DNA of 63,756 nucleotides, the filler included, from an uncultured Methanospirillum sp. (lineage in GTDB: Archaea > Halobacteriota > Methanomicrobia > Methanomicrobiales > Methanospirillaceae): the NCBI GenBank assembly GCA_964637135.1. It is 4 parts of 4 records of this genome, joined end to end, with 100 filler letters (N's around TTAATTAATTAA, not from the genome) between each part and the next. Parts side by side here need not be neighbours in the genome. Positions count along the whole stretch, not along the records: positions 50,013 to 63,756 come from CAZWTX010000044.1; 3 more parts are not named here. One strand, given 5' to 3'. Positions 63,251 through 63,756 of the stretch are shown one piece after another. The position numbers and the translations under genes are program-made. The notes below the pieces were generated by a model that searched no databases, was not told the DNA's origin, and was given only the letters and a program-made list of their open reading frames with translations. Positions within the stretch are counted from its first letter, which is position 1, and every line of letters starts with the position of its first letter.

Positions 63251-63756
63251 GTAACCGGCCTGTTCGGATCGTCGTCGGTATCTCCGGGGCAAGCGGGATG
63301 ATATACGCCGACCGGCTCATCACCCATCTTGCCGGGAAGGGAGAGATACACCTCATCATCACCCCGGTTGCGACCGCGATCGCGGCCCACGAAGGGATAT
63401 CCCTGACCGGCCGGGAGGTGATCGTCCATCCGAACGAAGATCTCGCGGCGGTTGTCGCCAGCGGATCATTCCGGCATGACGGTATGGTGATCGCCCCGTG
63501 CAGCATGAAGACATTATCTGCCATTGCCCACGGCTTCACCCCGAATCTCCTGACGAGAGCGGCCGATGTCACCCTGAAGGAGCGAAGACCGTGTATCCTC
63601 CTGCTCAGGGAGAATCCCCTCTCCCGGATCCATATCACGAACATGCTCGCAGCCCATGATGCCGGAGCGACAGTCATGATGGCAAACCCTCCGTTTTATC
63701 ATAAGCCGGAGGGTATTGTCGATCTCGTGGATGCCGTCGTGGCACGAATCCTGGAT
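63247..63756 (+). CDS. ubiX: Flavin prenyltransferase (3'-partial; not in the ORF track)
   Basis: GTG start; IVVGISGASG, ASGSF, APCSMKTL, RAADVTLKERR, RENP, PPFY. Confidence 0.93.
   Translation, partial: MSNRPVRIVVGISGASGMIYADRLITHLAGKGEIHLIITPVATAIAAHEGISLTGREVIVHPNEDLAAVVASGSFRHDGMVIAPCSMKTLSAIAHGFTPNLLTRAADVTLKERRPCILLLRENPLSRIHITNMLAAHDAGATVMMANPPFYHKPEGIVDLVDAVVARILD

Overview
Archaeal draft-genome sequence, most consistent with a Methanomicrobiales methanogen (cofD, Nre, many PKD/beta-propeller surface proteins). It contains four contigs joined by artificial N-TTAATTAATTAA-N spacers (17186-17285, 34030-34129, 49913-50012) and one 100-N scaffold gap (53999-54098), so adjacency across the spacers means nothing. 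Contig A: QueG-like Fe-S protein, M24 peptidase, GNAT, response regulator, nreA near uvrA-uvrC-uvrB, two PKD surface proteins. Contig C: RecJ-like DHH protein, rnz, NrdG-like activase, thiC, ABC-2 exporter, yjbQ and a cluster of secreted proteases. Contig D: amidohydrolase, cofD, HD protein, three large surface proteins sharing a C-terminal domain, ubiX. Contig B (17286-34029) is the most interesting and looks like an uncharacterised mobile element present as one fuller unit plus a decayed tandem sibling. It encodes an AEP primase/Zn-finger/MCM-like helicase fusion with a degenerate Hjc-like gene and a divergent, translationally coupled three-gene cassette (soluble, secreted and membrane proteins, possibly structural). 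Its cargo is an AT-rich ~2100-aa subtilase-like gene, split by a single TGA and bracketed by ~315-bp direct repeats, plus five toxin-antitoxin modules in which four toxins are damaged while all antitoxins are intact. All family calls come from motif recognition by eye; no searches were run.
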